From IMG/VR virus record IMGVR_UViG_3300022752_000001, positions 8,270-72,269 of that record: a stretch of DNA of 64,000 bases, one strand, 5' to 3'. This stretch comes from a virus. The notes below the pieces were generated by a model. It was not told the origin of the DNA and made no database searches. It worked only from the letters and a program-made list of their open reading frames with translations. The position numbers were made by a program, and so were the translations under genes. Of the stretch, positions 57,301 through 64,000 are shown one piece after another (the stretch's first letter is position 1; every line of letters begins with the position of its first letter).

Positions 57301-59864
57301 CGCTCGCTTAGAATAATACCCCTAAGAGCTTTCTTTCCTTTATTATGAATACGGTCGGCCAAAGACAGGTCTTTATCTGGATCATTTGGATCAAGAGCTT
57401 GGGCTTCACCCAGCACACGATCCACGTTGGGGATTGAAGCACTCCTCGTGGATTTCTTGCCCCGGCTTACGCTGACCCTGCTTTTTGGAGCCGTAGAACC
57501 AGAGAATATATTGTTGGCCGTGCTGCTTAGAAATCTTACGTTGGCTGGTATATTAGTCCCGGCAAACACAGCCCTTTCCTGACTTGCAGAAAACGTATTG
57601 GGGTATGCCCCAAACATGAGCCAGAAATCCTTTCCGGGGTTGGCTTTTGCATAATCAAAGAACCTTTGCATCTCAATCTTGGCGGATCTTGGGTTGAAGG
57701 TTTCCCCTTTCCCCTGCCTATTGTTCTTGCCCTCCGGCCCTTTGTATTTGGGATCAAATATCGGAAGCGCGTACGTTCTCCCATTAGCTCCCGTCTTCCC
57801 CTTTTTAGCCCCAAGCTGTTGAGCAATCGGGCCGTAAACTTTGTCGTGGTTGCCGTTAACATCGGTGCCGAACACCAAAACCCGATCATTGGCCGCTGGA
57901 TCTACGGCAGGGTCAAACGCAGACAAAAGCTCCTGAGCGCTGTCTTGCCGCGAGGTGTATCTGGTGGCCGGAATAGCACTGGCGATAATGCTTCCGGGGG
58001 AAGCCGATCGCGCATAGTCCATGCCGGCGGCTTTTCGCCTGGCATCGGCTTCGGTATTTAAATCCCGAGAGGCTTGATCCTTTGGGATAGACCCAAGAGT
58101 TTGAAAGAGTTCGCGTGCGGTATCCGTGGCTTCACGGATGATGGCTTCCCTGTTTTTACCCGTGGTTCGAACCGCCGTGTCCTGGGGTCCTATGATAGTA
58201 AAGTTAGTTTTGTCCGGGTTAGCCTTCAGGTGTTCCAGAACTCTTGGGATTAAAACGTCCGCGCTTCGACCCTCAATAAGGGTTTTGCCCTGGTCCAGTG
58301 CGTAGTTCCTTGACCGGGCTTGCCCCACGTCATTTTTGAGCGTGTCGTCATTCCCAATAACAACCACAAAGTCGGAGTCATCGATGTTCTTCTGATCCGC
58401 TTCGTCTGGGTTAGTTGTCGTATCAAATTCAAAGTTAGCCTCATCTTCTTGCTGGTTGGTCGCCACCTTGTAACCACCACGTTTAACCCCGTGCTGTTCT
58501 GCCAGAGATTCTGCAACAGACGCAAAAGGCCCAAATGCACTACCATGATACGTAAAGGCGCCCTTGCTCTTGGGCTTCGGCATATTCTCTTCTGGGGTTC
58601 CAGTTGTAGCGGGGCCGCCGACCTCTTCCAAAGTCGCATCCTCAACCACATCGGATCCATTCAATAGATCATTAACATCGCGATCTTTAAGCGGTTGAAG
58701 CGACGGAGCAGGAGTATTGGCGGCTTTCTGAGCTCCTTTAGCTACAGCCCCGGCGGGCAATCTCGGCTCCCCAAACTGACCCTTTTGTCTTTCTGTCTTA
58801 ATCGTGGGGGCGCTGGTCTGACTTGGAAACATGGCGTTGGTTTTTGATTTTTCCTGCGCCGCTTGTTCGGTCTGAGGAATAAGAGTACGGGCTCCACCAA
58901 GCCCAAGCTCAACCATACCAGGAACCATTTCACCAATGAACTCAGCCCAGGCGTCGGCCGGATCGGACTTCTCTCCAATCGCCGCACTGCCCGCAACCTC
59001 ACCGGCCGCGCCCAACATACCTTGTAGAGCCGCATCTCCAATACCTCGAGCGGCCAAACCCTTTAAACCTTTAGCGGTCTTGAAAAGCATTTCCGAAGGA
59101 AGTGCCACAGAAGCCGCATCAAATGCCCCGACTGTAACTCCTCTAGCAAGCGCCCGGTTCTTCATCTCTTGAACTTTTGCTGGGTCGCGAAGAACAGCAG
59201 CTACGGCTTCGGTGTTCTGAAGATCCCCGACTTGCGCACGCAAGTCTTCCAAGATCTTTGATCCACCCTCAACGAAGGCTGATCCAGCACCAACACCTGC
59301 CATAGTAGAGAGCAGGACGGCCTCTTTTCCTCCACCCGCAGCTCTAGCGCCAATGCTACCCGCAGCACCCAGGGCCATGCCTGGTACGCTTGAACCTAAA
59401 CCTTGAGCCGCAATAAGAGCCGCAGCTTCTGGGTTGGTAAAAATATTAAGAATCGGCGCAACCCAACCACTACCTCCGGCTTTTTGATACTTAAGCATCG
59501 AACGAGCTTTTGGTTGGGCTTGAAGCTCTCTATCTTGTTGAGCAAGCTCGGCGGCAGCTTCTTCGGGAGTATCAAGACCGTTGACCGCGCGAAGAGCTTT
59601 AGCCGCCTGCATTGAGGAGGCCATGCCGTTCACGAATTCGTCCTTCATTCTTTGGAAGGTAGACCTTGGATCGGGCTGGAGACTCAATGCTGCCTTGGCC
59701 GCTCGCACTTCTTCTTGAGCTTGCACATACCTAGACATGTCGAGCTGCCCTGGGGCAAAAGCCTCATCTTGTACGGACTGCTCGTAAAGATTGAGAACCT
59801 GCTCCTGCTCGTCAGGGCCCATTCCCTTGAACTTATCGTTCTGTAGGATTTCTTGAAGTTGCAT
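48333..59864 (-). CDS. Giant (3843 aa) internal virion / large polyvalent protein
   Basis: Uninterrupted ORF after the ejection genes. It has an N-terminal Gly/Ala hydrophobic region, SLOG-, macro- and ASCH-like segments, a HEVAH zincin motif and a helical C-terminal ejectosome-like region. Confidence 0.85.
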   Translation of the reverse strand: MQLQEILQNDKFKGMGPDEQEQVLNLYEQSVQDEAFAPGQLDMSRYVQAQEEVRAAKAALSLQPDPRSTFQRMKDEFVNGMASSMQAAKALRAVNGLDTPEEAAAELAQQDRELQAQPKARSMLKYQKAGGSGWVAPILNIFTNPEAAALIAAQGLGSSVPGMALGAAGSIGARAAGGGKEAVLLSTMAGVGAGSAFVEGGSKILEDLRAQVGDLQNTEAVAAVLRDPAKVQEMKNRALARGVTVGAFDAASVALPSEMLFKTAKGLKGLAARGIGDAALQGMLGAAGEVAGSAAIGEKSDPADAWAEFIGEMVPGMVELGLGGARTLIPQTEQAAQEKSKTNAMFPSQTSAPTIKTERQKGQFGEPRLPAGAVAKGAQKAANTPAPSLQPLKDRDVNDLLNGSDVVEDATLEEVGGPATTGTPEENMPKPKSKGAFTYHGSAFGPFASVAESLAEQHGVKRGGYKVATNQQEDEANFEFDTTTNPDEADQKNIDDSDFVVVIGNDDTLKNDVGQARSRNYALDQGKTLIEGRSADVLIPRVLEHLKANPDKTNFTIIGPQDTAVRTTGKNREAIIREATDTARELFQTLGSIPKDQASRDLNTEADARRKAAGMDYARSASPGSIIASAIPATRYTSRQDSAQELLSAFDPAVDPAANDRVLVFGTDVNGNHDKVYGPIAQQLGAKKGKTGANGRTYALPIFDPKYKGPEGKNNRQGKGETFNPRSAKIEMQRFFDYAKANPGKDFWLMFGAYPNTFSASQERAVFAGTNIPANVRFLSSTANNIFSGSTAPKSRVSVSRGKKSTRSASIPNVDRVLGEAQALDPNDPDKDLSLADRIHNKGKKALRGIILSERQARELLSAANAEKVERRREIVGTPKKGKIYNPAVAPGGVTKLSSFPFTAFANSKKGTFLVRVNGVSEIGTEVDTQTAAELAQTNPQTIEAKNAIGRQYLVDLDYFSPVTPEYRKTISKIYERETEAVKQAKAGGQVNEAEPDKLLAPREEAARPIGAQVNSSYMSQVFKGGPALANDSVSGVPVPAEDLAKHIESVLFDNNPERMRTKSMPALKTLTPQQVATLQDALNTINAYKPESKPTQTSVRLLKEALNIVKDYAENEKIASEMYLAVRDENTYALNQPGTYMKMLAKAIARDPRAGSLANLNLFLPYMESSKPTNEAQPANIPMRYSMPKEALRSGLQNNYPRGTTTLQLIQDGKRRSTTRRAFAGVGDIITFENDPTKYVVTSVVAPDLQTPEGRTAWENLEGWSLKYIDRDPKLKSQVYNPQSVQTIFEIYKPKDIKSVERSSGLSVRPDQVQTFAKGELTGSVNPVAAKFTPADTTGLTEEGSLEKQFKPNSLYLYDNKGQVLRVLPFSFRNRFIPNAGGVNIVPDTDVLHPTTSLKAFDTREMSAQKALTPEELRDMSWAQAKGLLGEIPSTDWRGRFALDVSEKLARGEPVVIADQDTIQFVRAYPGIFTGVVRHGDSIMVTEMKTAFGIVTSEAPVAGLSKDFTSVFYRLLQPFFATQENEFNKEIELGTKEEIAGGGVGVVGDTVPAFSPTGETIPSVNKQLSEGERRFEEGLADESIPEIETQKGAGEVDRGMGGVAYNRLLEPAEGAKEVKSARLSMLISPEKAELIRKADPEGKYVRMIVLPRISYIARTTGKEMPVTTKDGYAIVTGITDPRTGEYMGDKAPLPQRPTDEVASEEESLQAATAVAAEQDKLGQYIFLPKDISIQDLVSTYQNILSTIKDSSSPILVSRDVLEFNQQLQALQNVVSFDATDDGFYLTGVYDNSKGEWIGQLPYGARRMTTGEVAALSREQAIDLGNNINEWLREKRAASVDTLSLDDVTFSDDEIKNRVLLLQAVAQSYLDGFGKTRESLEKGLANIMSLKTREKQNYLFLENVESRFQQAINEGAFDADELRLLPRLIEDAVNVFNSGVVYSPVDANDTTKGWNAGVSRKFPNTSGRPREHFLSRVKKSGIPEQEANNLVDNLNINQTETFKDSELMRRVFIETLLMSKTADGAKLNAVLNKILSEYEDMREQFGDEYLNESRPTNTLYGFVTALSVEGYGGVDGLAKRVVGIAANMKINEVSFVSLEGTTEKVESNETESKAIDVAFLPDQSGNDYDAQKDLAGDSYDTELDKYETLPTKDKRRKKYEAFINQMAEYREGLPFIRRAVHDIVMREGFGFTAGYVPTVYQGDEKAQQGLVFGKSNAQLDILFPTVKLKEESQIGDAGKGKGFLSGKLLNSIFGALPGIPSSFIEPAVLGQIAKEQYEGILQELVRNDMQEFADAEKVREALRQYEQEIVDEQNRAAQLRKDIRQAGIPIGNKSTPETRIINLAANPKRVGALPKTLLNILANSPMASLKDASELILNRLNQIYKFNGTTREQLFEQLLDPVGKFDGTLSPDELISPENDRARVRDILFNVLLPAFENRSSFDPAYVLNEMRKVNDPYRKQANISRVRKIEADVSGASKYATEEGFADAGVSFDSNLLNLQDQRQEKAMEYLRSSARRKGLKNVNFQSNTTENYPVFTVRGSDNPMDPVNSTIFVNPELLAEKLFQQKDINFLDPVARNTYDKLTEQLMDQLIAHEVAHLSYFEQLRKEYRAQFPNGGVSWESYYNGRVREAANFLRSEDNGLKVKLPGQKAVSVTEALGELYPETKQSDEVLVAEFLRLLLELDKSRGAKIFTEGLELQRSLQVQDRVSSLIRGQSRQQIMAMDNFARAQRKSFLGWLRTVLDSVFNLFSALKASSDPRARSLYETYNKVSELYERYYSDYVAPPTVNEPSIEAEGLASVGEALNREKPIGAQRQEAAASRRAELFENEGGVPTYEEKTRAGEIAYLKNLGAIDSIESILNELSADKVAVWLSSAAVDPDKTSLVDIGDQSYNLNQTQIVTLASIAIGRFTETGQLHKATTLLKQVSRLGRGMGQTISIGYRLLKEFLMRTPSGMVSEYVSRLAETRAELKNKVGEQLDSLGEEVRQAQGEALGLTLNDAGVQALIQQINTLYGAALAQANQEDLATIIRNHYAEFSGENLVSVLAKLLPEYENKPLLFELADMVQKNMQTQLGKALSLRGRTLRRNIVNRKGMNNAELRAERIEQLIGEMHEVVKPPISKSGNTIEDAISGDARKILELAALGAINDDVVLSTIESLGKFPSFDVNTAETLRKMMVDASRTPYGFQRDRKFHDALRLLHNSTKSGALPQVSAYWYMSMLSGPATFWMNFVSTAFKAIADIATYSMAAAATRGNPALAIKYMTLGYKTFLASMHTIALAEAKGILLHGDINPRTNGKYVDEASINALESMGTDTLMKKVLSKGKYIFRIMSASDALFGRSAMEGFAAIQAQIQAIENVEGGVTDLSVEEETARLLNQTDSFVEQATKQAIGEKLTPGTADFTKRVYELRDLAIQADPERATIMRRAEDLSLYATYNNKPYGLLGHIAEGIGTLSREHPILVPLFVPFTKIVSNVTNESINYTPIGAYRAFKAWGEAGTKKTSGLAKTVEQMEQIKKIEQGSLYAIQSVIGTSAMLVLAGLVGMLKDKDDDGQDDGFTITGGGPSDPAARKQAREGGYVPYSFSFGGNSIKLSYLSTPLAIPLSIVGTWFDQSNYPRGREKDMTEKLTSAALAVAQVPFNQSFLQGLSNLFKMLDGTSEGQDVSALQNFFSGAVGNAVPNVIKQADQIFEPTPQQQTSFVGKWLFNKVPILKSMTGTPQLNVLGEVVNAPAGPERMLFLQRFINTSEADPLFKLFMAKNAFIPDARRGTKVGNYQLNDEQFYKFREMRGKIIAQVVRRPSFFAMAKRMSSEQLDNYLQKLGQQASETAKKQITPELIRQGVKL

Positions 59865-59875
59865 TGTCTAAGATA

Positions 59876-60922
59876 TTATTTCTTAAGAATGTTCAATAAC
59901 TCTGACTTCGCGGAACCCTGAGCAGAAGCGGCTCTTTCCTCGGGGGTCTTATTCATATCCATAACTGACCGCAATAAACCTGAAGCATCTCCCCCTGAGG
60001 CTTGGAAAGTTTGCGCGTATTGGAACAATAGCTGCTTTCGAACTTCTGGGTCAGTAATCTCTTTTAGCAGGTCCGCTGTTGAGCTTTGCAACTTACTGAG
60101 CTGCATAGCATTAAGTCTCCCATCACCGTACAGCTGTTCGTTAAGCATCTGCTTGTCCGCGCCCGCCATAGATTTCTTAAAGCCATCAACAATACTGCTG
60201 TCGACGGCTTTGGTATTGGGGTACTTAGCTTTATACCCGTTAATAGCTGTGCTCATCGCTTCTAGTTCTTGAACAGATAAAGCCCTGTTTTGTGAATTTG
60301 CGGCAACCACGGCAGCACTGATAATACCCTGCACGTACTTGCTATCCGGGTTATTTTCAGCGGTAAGGTTTTGAACCATCACCGCAAAGTCTTTCTTAAC
60401 GGCCTGCGAGGAAGCCAGGATCGTACTGTTCAAAACTGAAGCCTGTGCCCTGTCACGAGCTTGTTTAAGTTGATTAAATTGCTCGGGTGTGGCGCCTTCA
60501 AGAATCTCGTTTCGGAATGTAAAGTTTGTCAGCTGCTCTTGAGCATTCATGTCGCCTTTGTAAGCTCGGGAGTAAAGCTCGTTGATGGTGTTAAGTTCGT
60601 TATTCAAAAGCGACTGCATGTCTATCGAGCGGTTGTATTTGATCCGCTCGAGATTTGGCTGCGACTTTTCAAGAACACTCTGCATCCGCTCCAAGACGCC
60701 CCAGGACTCACCGTCTTGTAAAGCCTGACGAGCTACATTATCCTTCGTGGTCTGCTGCATTTGCGACTGAACCAACGGCATGGTCTCCTGAGGTCGGAAT
60801 AAACTCCCGTCGAAGTTTTGAGCGCTATAGTTGCCAGGACGGAATAAACCGTCGGGATTGACTCCGCTGCCGACGAATTGAGACGGCGCCATCTGCTGTT
60901 TGTTTGCTGATCCTAAGGCCAT
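59876..60922 (-). CDS. Internal virion (ejection) protein
   Basis: Gln/Ala-rich helical protein; GGAGG SD; position in the ejection cluster. Confidence 0.6.
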   Translation of the reverse strand: MALGSANKQQMAPSQFVGSGVNPDGLFRPGNYSAQNFDGSLFRPQETMPLVQSQMQQTTKDNVARQALQDGESWGVLERMQSVLEKSQPNLERIKYNRSIDMQSLLNNELNTINELYSRAYKGDMNAQEQLTNFTFRNEILEGATPEQFNQLKQARDRAQASVLNSTILASSQAVKKDFAVMVQNLTAENNPDSKYVQGIISAAVVAANSQNRALSVQELEAMSTAINGYKAKYPNTKAVDSSIVDGFKKSMAGADKQMLNEQLYGDGRLNAMQLSKLQSSTADLLKEITDPEVRKQLLFQYAQTFQASGGDASGLLRSVMDMNKTPEERAASAQGSAKSELLNILKK

Positions 60923-60925
60923 AAA

Positions 60926-62104
60926 TTACCTCCCAAATATTGAGGGTTGCCCGTAACCTCTTGACCAAGGTGCAGAAGGAGCAAACGGATTGAAGCTGCC
61001 GGCTCCGCCGCCACCAAGCCCGCCAGCCTTTGGGATAGGGGTCGCGCCAAAAGACGAAGATCCACCCATGCCTCCTCCGCTCGCTCCATTGCCTCCACCA
61101 AAAATCCCGCCAAAAAGATTCCCCATTCCACCCAATCCACTCGAAGAGCCGGCCGCGCCTCCCCCAATACCACCCAAGGCTGACACCCCAGAGAGCAAAC
61201 CGCTGGCCAACCCGCCAAAACCCTGACCACTGACTGCACCTTCAATGCCACCACCCAAACCAGAACCAATCTTGGCTCCTGCCATTGTACCGATTCCCGG
61301 AGCAATGAAAGAACCCGCAATAGCCCCCAGACCGCCACCGATAAGACTCCCAAGACCGCTGCTTCCTTTCATCTGATACTTCATCAAATCGTAGTTGTAT
61401 TTGTTCATGGCGTTGGTGTTCGCCGTGTTGGTGTCGTAGATAGCCTGTTCGTTCTTGATGCCGGTATTGTAGTACCGCTGTTGGTTCTCAATGTCGTTGT
61501 TGTAGGTGGTCGTGTAATTCGTAAGGTTCGTGTTAAACGCAACCTCCTGATTGGATATCGCGGTATTTGCATCCTGCCGGGCTAGGACATCCGCCGGGCT
61601 GAACATAAGATCTGTGGGCTTGACCGGGGTCAAGGCATTGGCGTCGCCTAAAAGAGTTTGATAATTATTAAGACCGGCGTTCTTAAGATCCATCGTGGTG
61701 GTTCCAAAGTCACGGGCGGTAAGATTCCTTGCCCGTTGGCTGGAAGACCCTGCGCCGGAGGAGAAATCCCTAAAGGCCGCGCTTCCAAACAATTGATCCT
61801 CCACGTCCTGGGGGATTTCACCCCGCATTTGAGCCGAGACCGTATCCGCCGCGGATTTAAGATTGTCCATAACCCCAGGGGCAACCCCCTCAAGGGTATC
61901 TTGCGCTGATTTATTGGCCGCGTTTGAGAAGCCCTGAAGATCCCCCAGGACGCTCTGTTGTTGCATGAAGTCCGGGTACGCATTGAGGTAGGAACCAAGA
62001 TCGTTCAGATCGAGGTTCATCAACTGCCCCAGCTTTTCCAGGTCTATCTGGGAAAGCTTTGGCGATTGTAATTCCGGTGGTTTCGGAGGACTTTTCTTAC
62101 CCAT
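60926..62104 (-). CDS. DNA ejection/pilot protein with glycine zipper
   Basis: MGKKSPPKPP start, Asn/Gln helical middle, Gly-rich hydrophobic C-terminus. Confidence 0.7.
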   Translation of the reverse strand: MGKKSPPKPPELQSPKLSQIDLEKLGQLMNLDLNDLGSYLNAYPDFMQQQSVLGDLQGFSNAANKSAQDTLEGVAPGVMDNLKSAADTVSAQMRGEIPQDVEDQLFGSAAFRDFSSGAGSSSQRARNLTARDFGTTTMDLKNAGLNNYQTLLGDANALTPVKPTDLMFSPADVLARQDANTAISNQEVAFNTNLTNYTTTYNNDIENQQRYYNTGIKNEQAIYDTNTANTNAMNKYNYDLMKYQMKGSSGLGSLIGGGLGAIAGSFIAPGIGTMAGAKIGSGLGGGIEGAVSGQGFGGLASGLLSGVSALGGIGGGAAGSSSGLGGMGNLFGGIFGGGNGASGGGMGGSSSFGATPIPKAGGLGGGGAGSFNPFAPSAPWSRGYGQPSIFGR

Positions 62105-62105
62105 A

Positions 62106-62516
62106 TTACAGCCCCATCCTGGCCAACCGGTCAAAGAACGAGACCGGGTAAATTGACATGCGGTCAAAATGCTTGTGCCTCGAAAAACCAACGTGAGTGG
62201 GTCTTCCAAGATTTTCAAAAACAGGCCGGATCATACGACCCAAACCGCCATGCAAGAGACTGACCGTCCAGTCCACCCAAAGGAGTTTGCCTTCAGGGTT
62301 ATGTACCCAGCGGTTCCGGGCCTGATCAGGATCCTCGACTCGACGGAACAGAGTCACACCTTGGACGGCTTTGTGCTTGTTGGTGTCCCTATCCAAAACA
62401 AGCGCCATGTGGTTCATGTGCCACTGGACGGTCTGCTCCGGGTCCTGGCAATAAGGAAGCATCACTTTAACAAAATCGATGGTTTCCTGTATAAAGGGAG
62501 GGTTGGCCGGGGTCAT
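62106..62516 (-). CDS. Hypothetical protein, possibly GNAT-like virion assembly factor
   Basis: Occupies the position before the ejection genes that T7 gp13-like proteins hold. Confidence 0.5.
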   Translation of the reverse strand: MTPANPPFIQETIDFVKVMLPYCQDPEQTVQWHMNHMALVLDRDTNKHKAVQGVTLFRRVEDPDQARNRWVHNPEGKLLWVDWTVSLLHGGLGRMIRPVFENLGRPTHVGFSRHKHFDRMSIYPVSFFDRLARMGL

Positions 62517-62564
62517 GTGTATTGTCACTATTCTGCCAGTAATAATATACAGATCAACAACATT

Positions 62565-62756
62565 TTAAGGATTGGCCGTCCCCTGCTCTGAGGCCGGTTT
62601 TAGTGCTGTTCCGTCCGCGGGTAAGGGTTGATTACCCTCCGACAGCCACTGCAGGTATTCCTGATTATTCTCCACATTATGCCATACTTGTGTACTTACG
62701 CCGTCAATAACAAGTTGGGCAAATAAACCGTCGTTATTAAGAATATACGTTTTCAT
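62565..62756 (-). CDS. Small tail-fibre-associated protein
   Basis: N..Y..WL.EGN.PLPAD motif. Confidence 0.7.
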   Translation of the reverse strand: MKTYILNNDGLFAQLVIDGVSTQVWHNVENNQEYLQWLSEGNQPLPADGTALKPASEQGTANP

Positions 62757-62757
62757 A

Positions 62758-63795
62758 TTATAACTCTGCAGAAGCTGTTGCTACGCCTGGAGTGTACGCT
62801 TGCCCTGAAGTAATACCGGAGGAATAAGCGGATATTGCAGAGCTGTACGCTGTCTCAAGAGTTCCGCTTCCTATTGTAACGGTTGACGGAGTAGTCCTCA
62901 TTGTAACTGGCAATCCTATTGAAGATGAAACCGCAATAGTTCCGCCTGTAAAGTTTCTCATAATAGGTAGATTACCCGTCCAGTAATATCTCTGACACAA
63001 CGCCAACTCAGTCCCATACGGTCTGCGCTCGAACTCGGTGGCGGTTGAGCCTGCTTCAAGTTGGACTCCTGTGATGTAGAAGGTGGCTCCGTTTGTTCCA
63101 ATTAGACTTGTAGTATTATTTATTGATCCGATATAATAGTTTGGACTGCTTGCCCATACATTTGGAGTTCCAGTGTATGACGATCCTGCAGCTAAACAAA
63201 AAAATAACTCCATACCACAATTTGCCCCTGTTCCCCATGATCCTGAAGTTACTGCAGGAATGTTAATAGTTTTTTGTTCCCACGTATTTGCAGTATTTAT
63301 GGTATAATCTGATGTATATGTTTTATCTGTACCTGTTCCATTAAAATTAGTAATCCCAACGCTGTATGTACCAACTATGCTTGACCTTGCCCAAAAAGAA
63401 ATAGTAAATGGTTTTGCAGACAGTGTTCCAAGACATAGGTCGCTTATATTATACCCCTCGAGCCTCTGGCGTATTGCGTAATGATCCGTTGTAGTAATTG
63501 ATGTATCAGCAGTAGTTACTGTTATTACTATGCTGTTAGTAAATCCGTCTGGAGCTGTCGTCGATCTTTGCGCAGAAAATGTCCCAGTACCATTTGCAAA
63601 TACATTCATTCTATCTACAACAAATGTTGTGGCTTGACTTGGTGTTGTTACGCTAATTGCAGATCCAGCATTCCTTTGGTCGATCCGCATGTCGCCATTG
63701 ATGATGCGATTGCGAAAACCCGTCAACGCAGAGGTCTTCTGCACACTGCCGTCATTGAAGGTTAAGCCGTTTGTGCCGTGAACAGATACACTCAT
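62758..63795 (-). CDS. Tail fibre / carbohydrate-binding receptor protein
   Basis: FRNRIINGDMRIDQR...ITGVQLEAG..AT.FE.RPYG.ELALCQRYY...SAEL. Confidence 0.8.
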   Translation of the reverse strand: MSVSVHGTNGLTFNDGSVQKTSALTGFRNRIINGDMRIDQRNAGSAISVTTPSQATTFVVDRMNVFANGTGTFSAQRSTTAPDGFTNSIVITVTTADTSITTTDHYAIRQRLEGYNISDLCLGTLSAKPFTISFWARSSIVGTYSVGITNFNGTGTDKTYTSDYTINTANTWEQKTINIPAVTSGSWGTGANCGMELFFCLAAGSSYTGTPNVWASSPNYYIGSINNTTSLIGTNGATFYITGVQLEAGSTATEFERRPYGTELALCQRYYWTGNLPIMRNFTGGTIAVSSSIGLPVTMRTTPSTVTIGSGTLETAYSSAISAYSSGITSGQAYTPGVATASAEL

Positions 63796-63974
63796 GATGT
63801 TGCCTCAGTGGGCTCGTCCGCAGGAAGCGGCTCGTTACCTTCGGCCAGCCATTTCAGATAGGTTTGGTAGTCGGTGTTGGCTGGGTCGAACGGAATAACG
63901 GCATTGTCATAAATACGCAGAACAGCTCGGTCGTTTATTTTATCACCAAACATTATTTTTTTATACTTATTCAT
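63792..63974 (-). CDS. Small tail-fibre-associated protein (paralog)
   Basis: IPFDPANTDYQ.YL.WL.EGN.PLPAD. Confidence 0.75.
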   Translation of the reverse strand: MNKYKKIMFGDKINDRAVLRIYDNAVIPFDPANTDYQTYLKWLAEGNEPLPADEPTEATS

Positions 63975-64000
63975 TTATAACTCCGAACTAAAGTCAATAT
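63975..64000 (-). CDS. 3' end of an upstream tail-fibre paralog (partial)
   Basis: Reads IDFSSEL-stop, matching the ASAEL-stop end of 62758..63795. Confidence 0.5.

Noticed and set aside
48333-59864. Virion RNA polymerase (N4- or crAss-like)
   Set aside because: No DxDGD/DFDID or T7-type polymerase motifs could be recognised.
62758-63795. Diversity-generating retroelement target
   Set aside because: No reverse transcriptase or template/variable repeat pair is seen in the window.
1-64000. Stop-codon recoding
   Set aside because: Core genes are intact under code 11, and TAA, TAG and TGA all serve as stops.

Overview
Near-complete genome of a temperate, podovirus-like dsDNA phage, apparently in excised form because attP is intact. 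The host is inferred to be a Verrucomicrobia/PVC-type bacterium, from the integrase style only. Minus-strand blocks 1-16308 and 45744-64000 carry late genes: terminase, portal, scaffold, fibre-like proteins, major capsid, lysis genes, nozzle, tail fibres, ejection proteins and a 3843-aa polyvalent protein. Plus-strand blocks carry a tRNA-Thr(UGU) attP with a tyrosine integrase, replication genes (SF2 helicase, DUF2800 nuclease, PolA, primase-helicase) and an early region (DUF932, rIIA/rIIB, gp88, two HhH glycosylases, a possible histone fold). The main finding is a complete group I ribozyme core in the intergenic region upstream of the capsid gene. Its guide sequence pairs with the capsid stop-codon region 1.9 kb downstream (P1, with a U.G wobble) and with the capsid Shine-Dalgarno (P10). 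This permuted arrangement predicts back-splicing into a 1519-nt circular capsid mRNA. All calls come from reading the sequence by eye; no database searches or folding programs were run.
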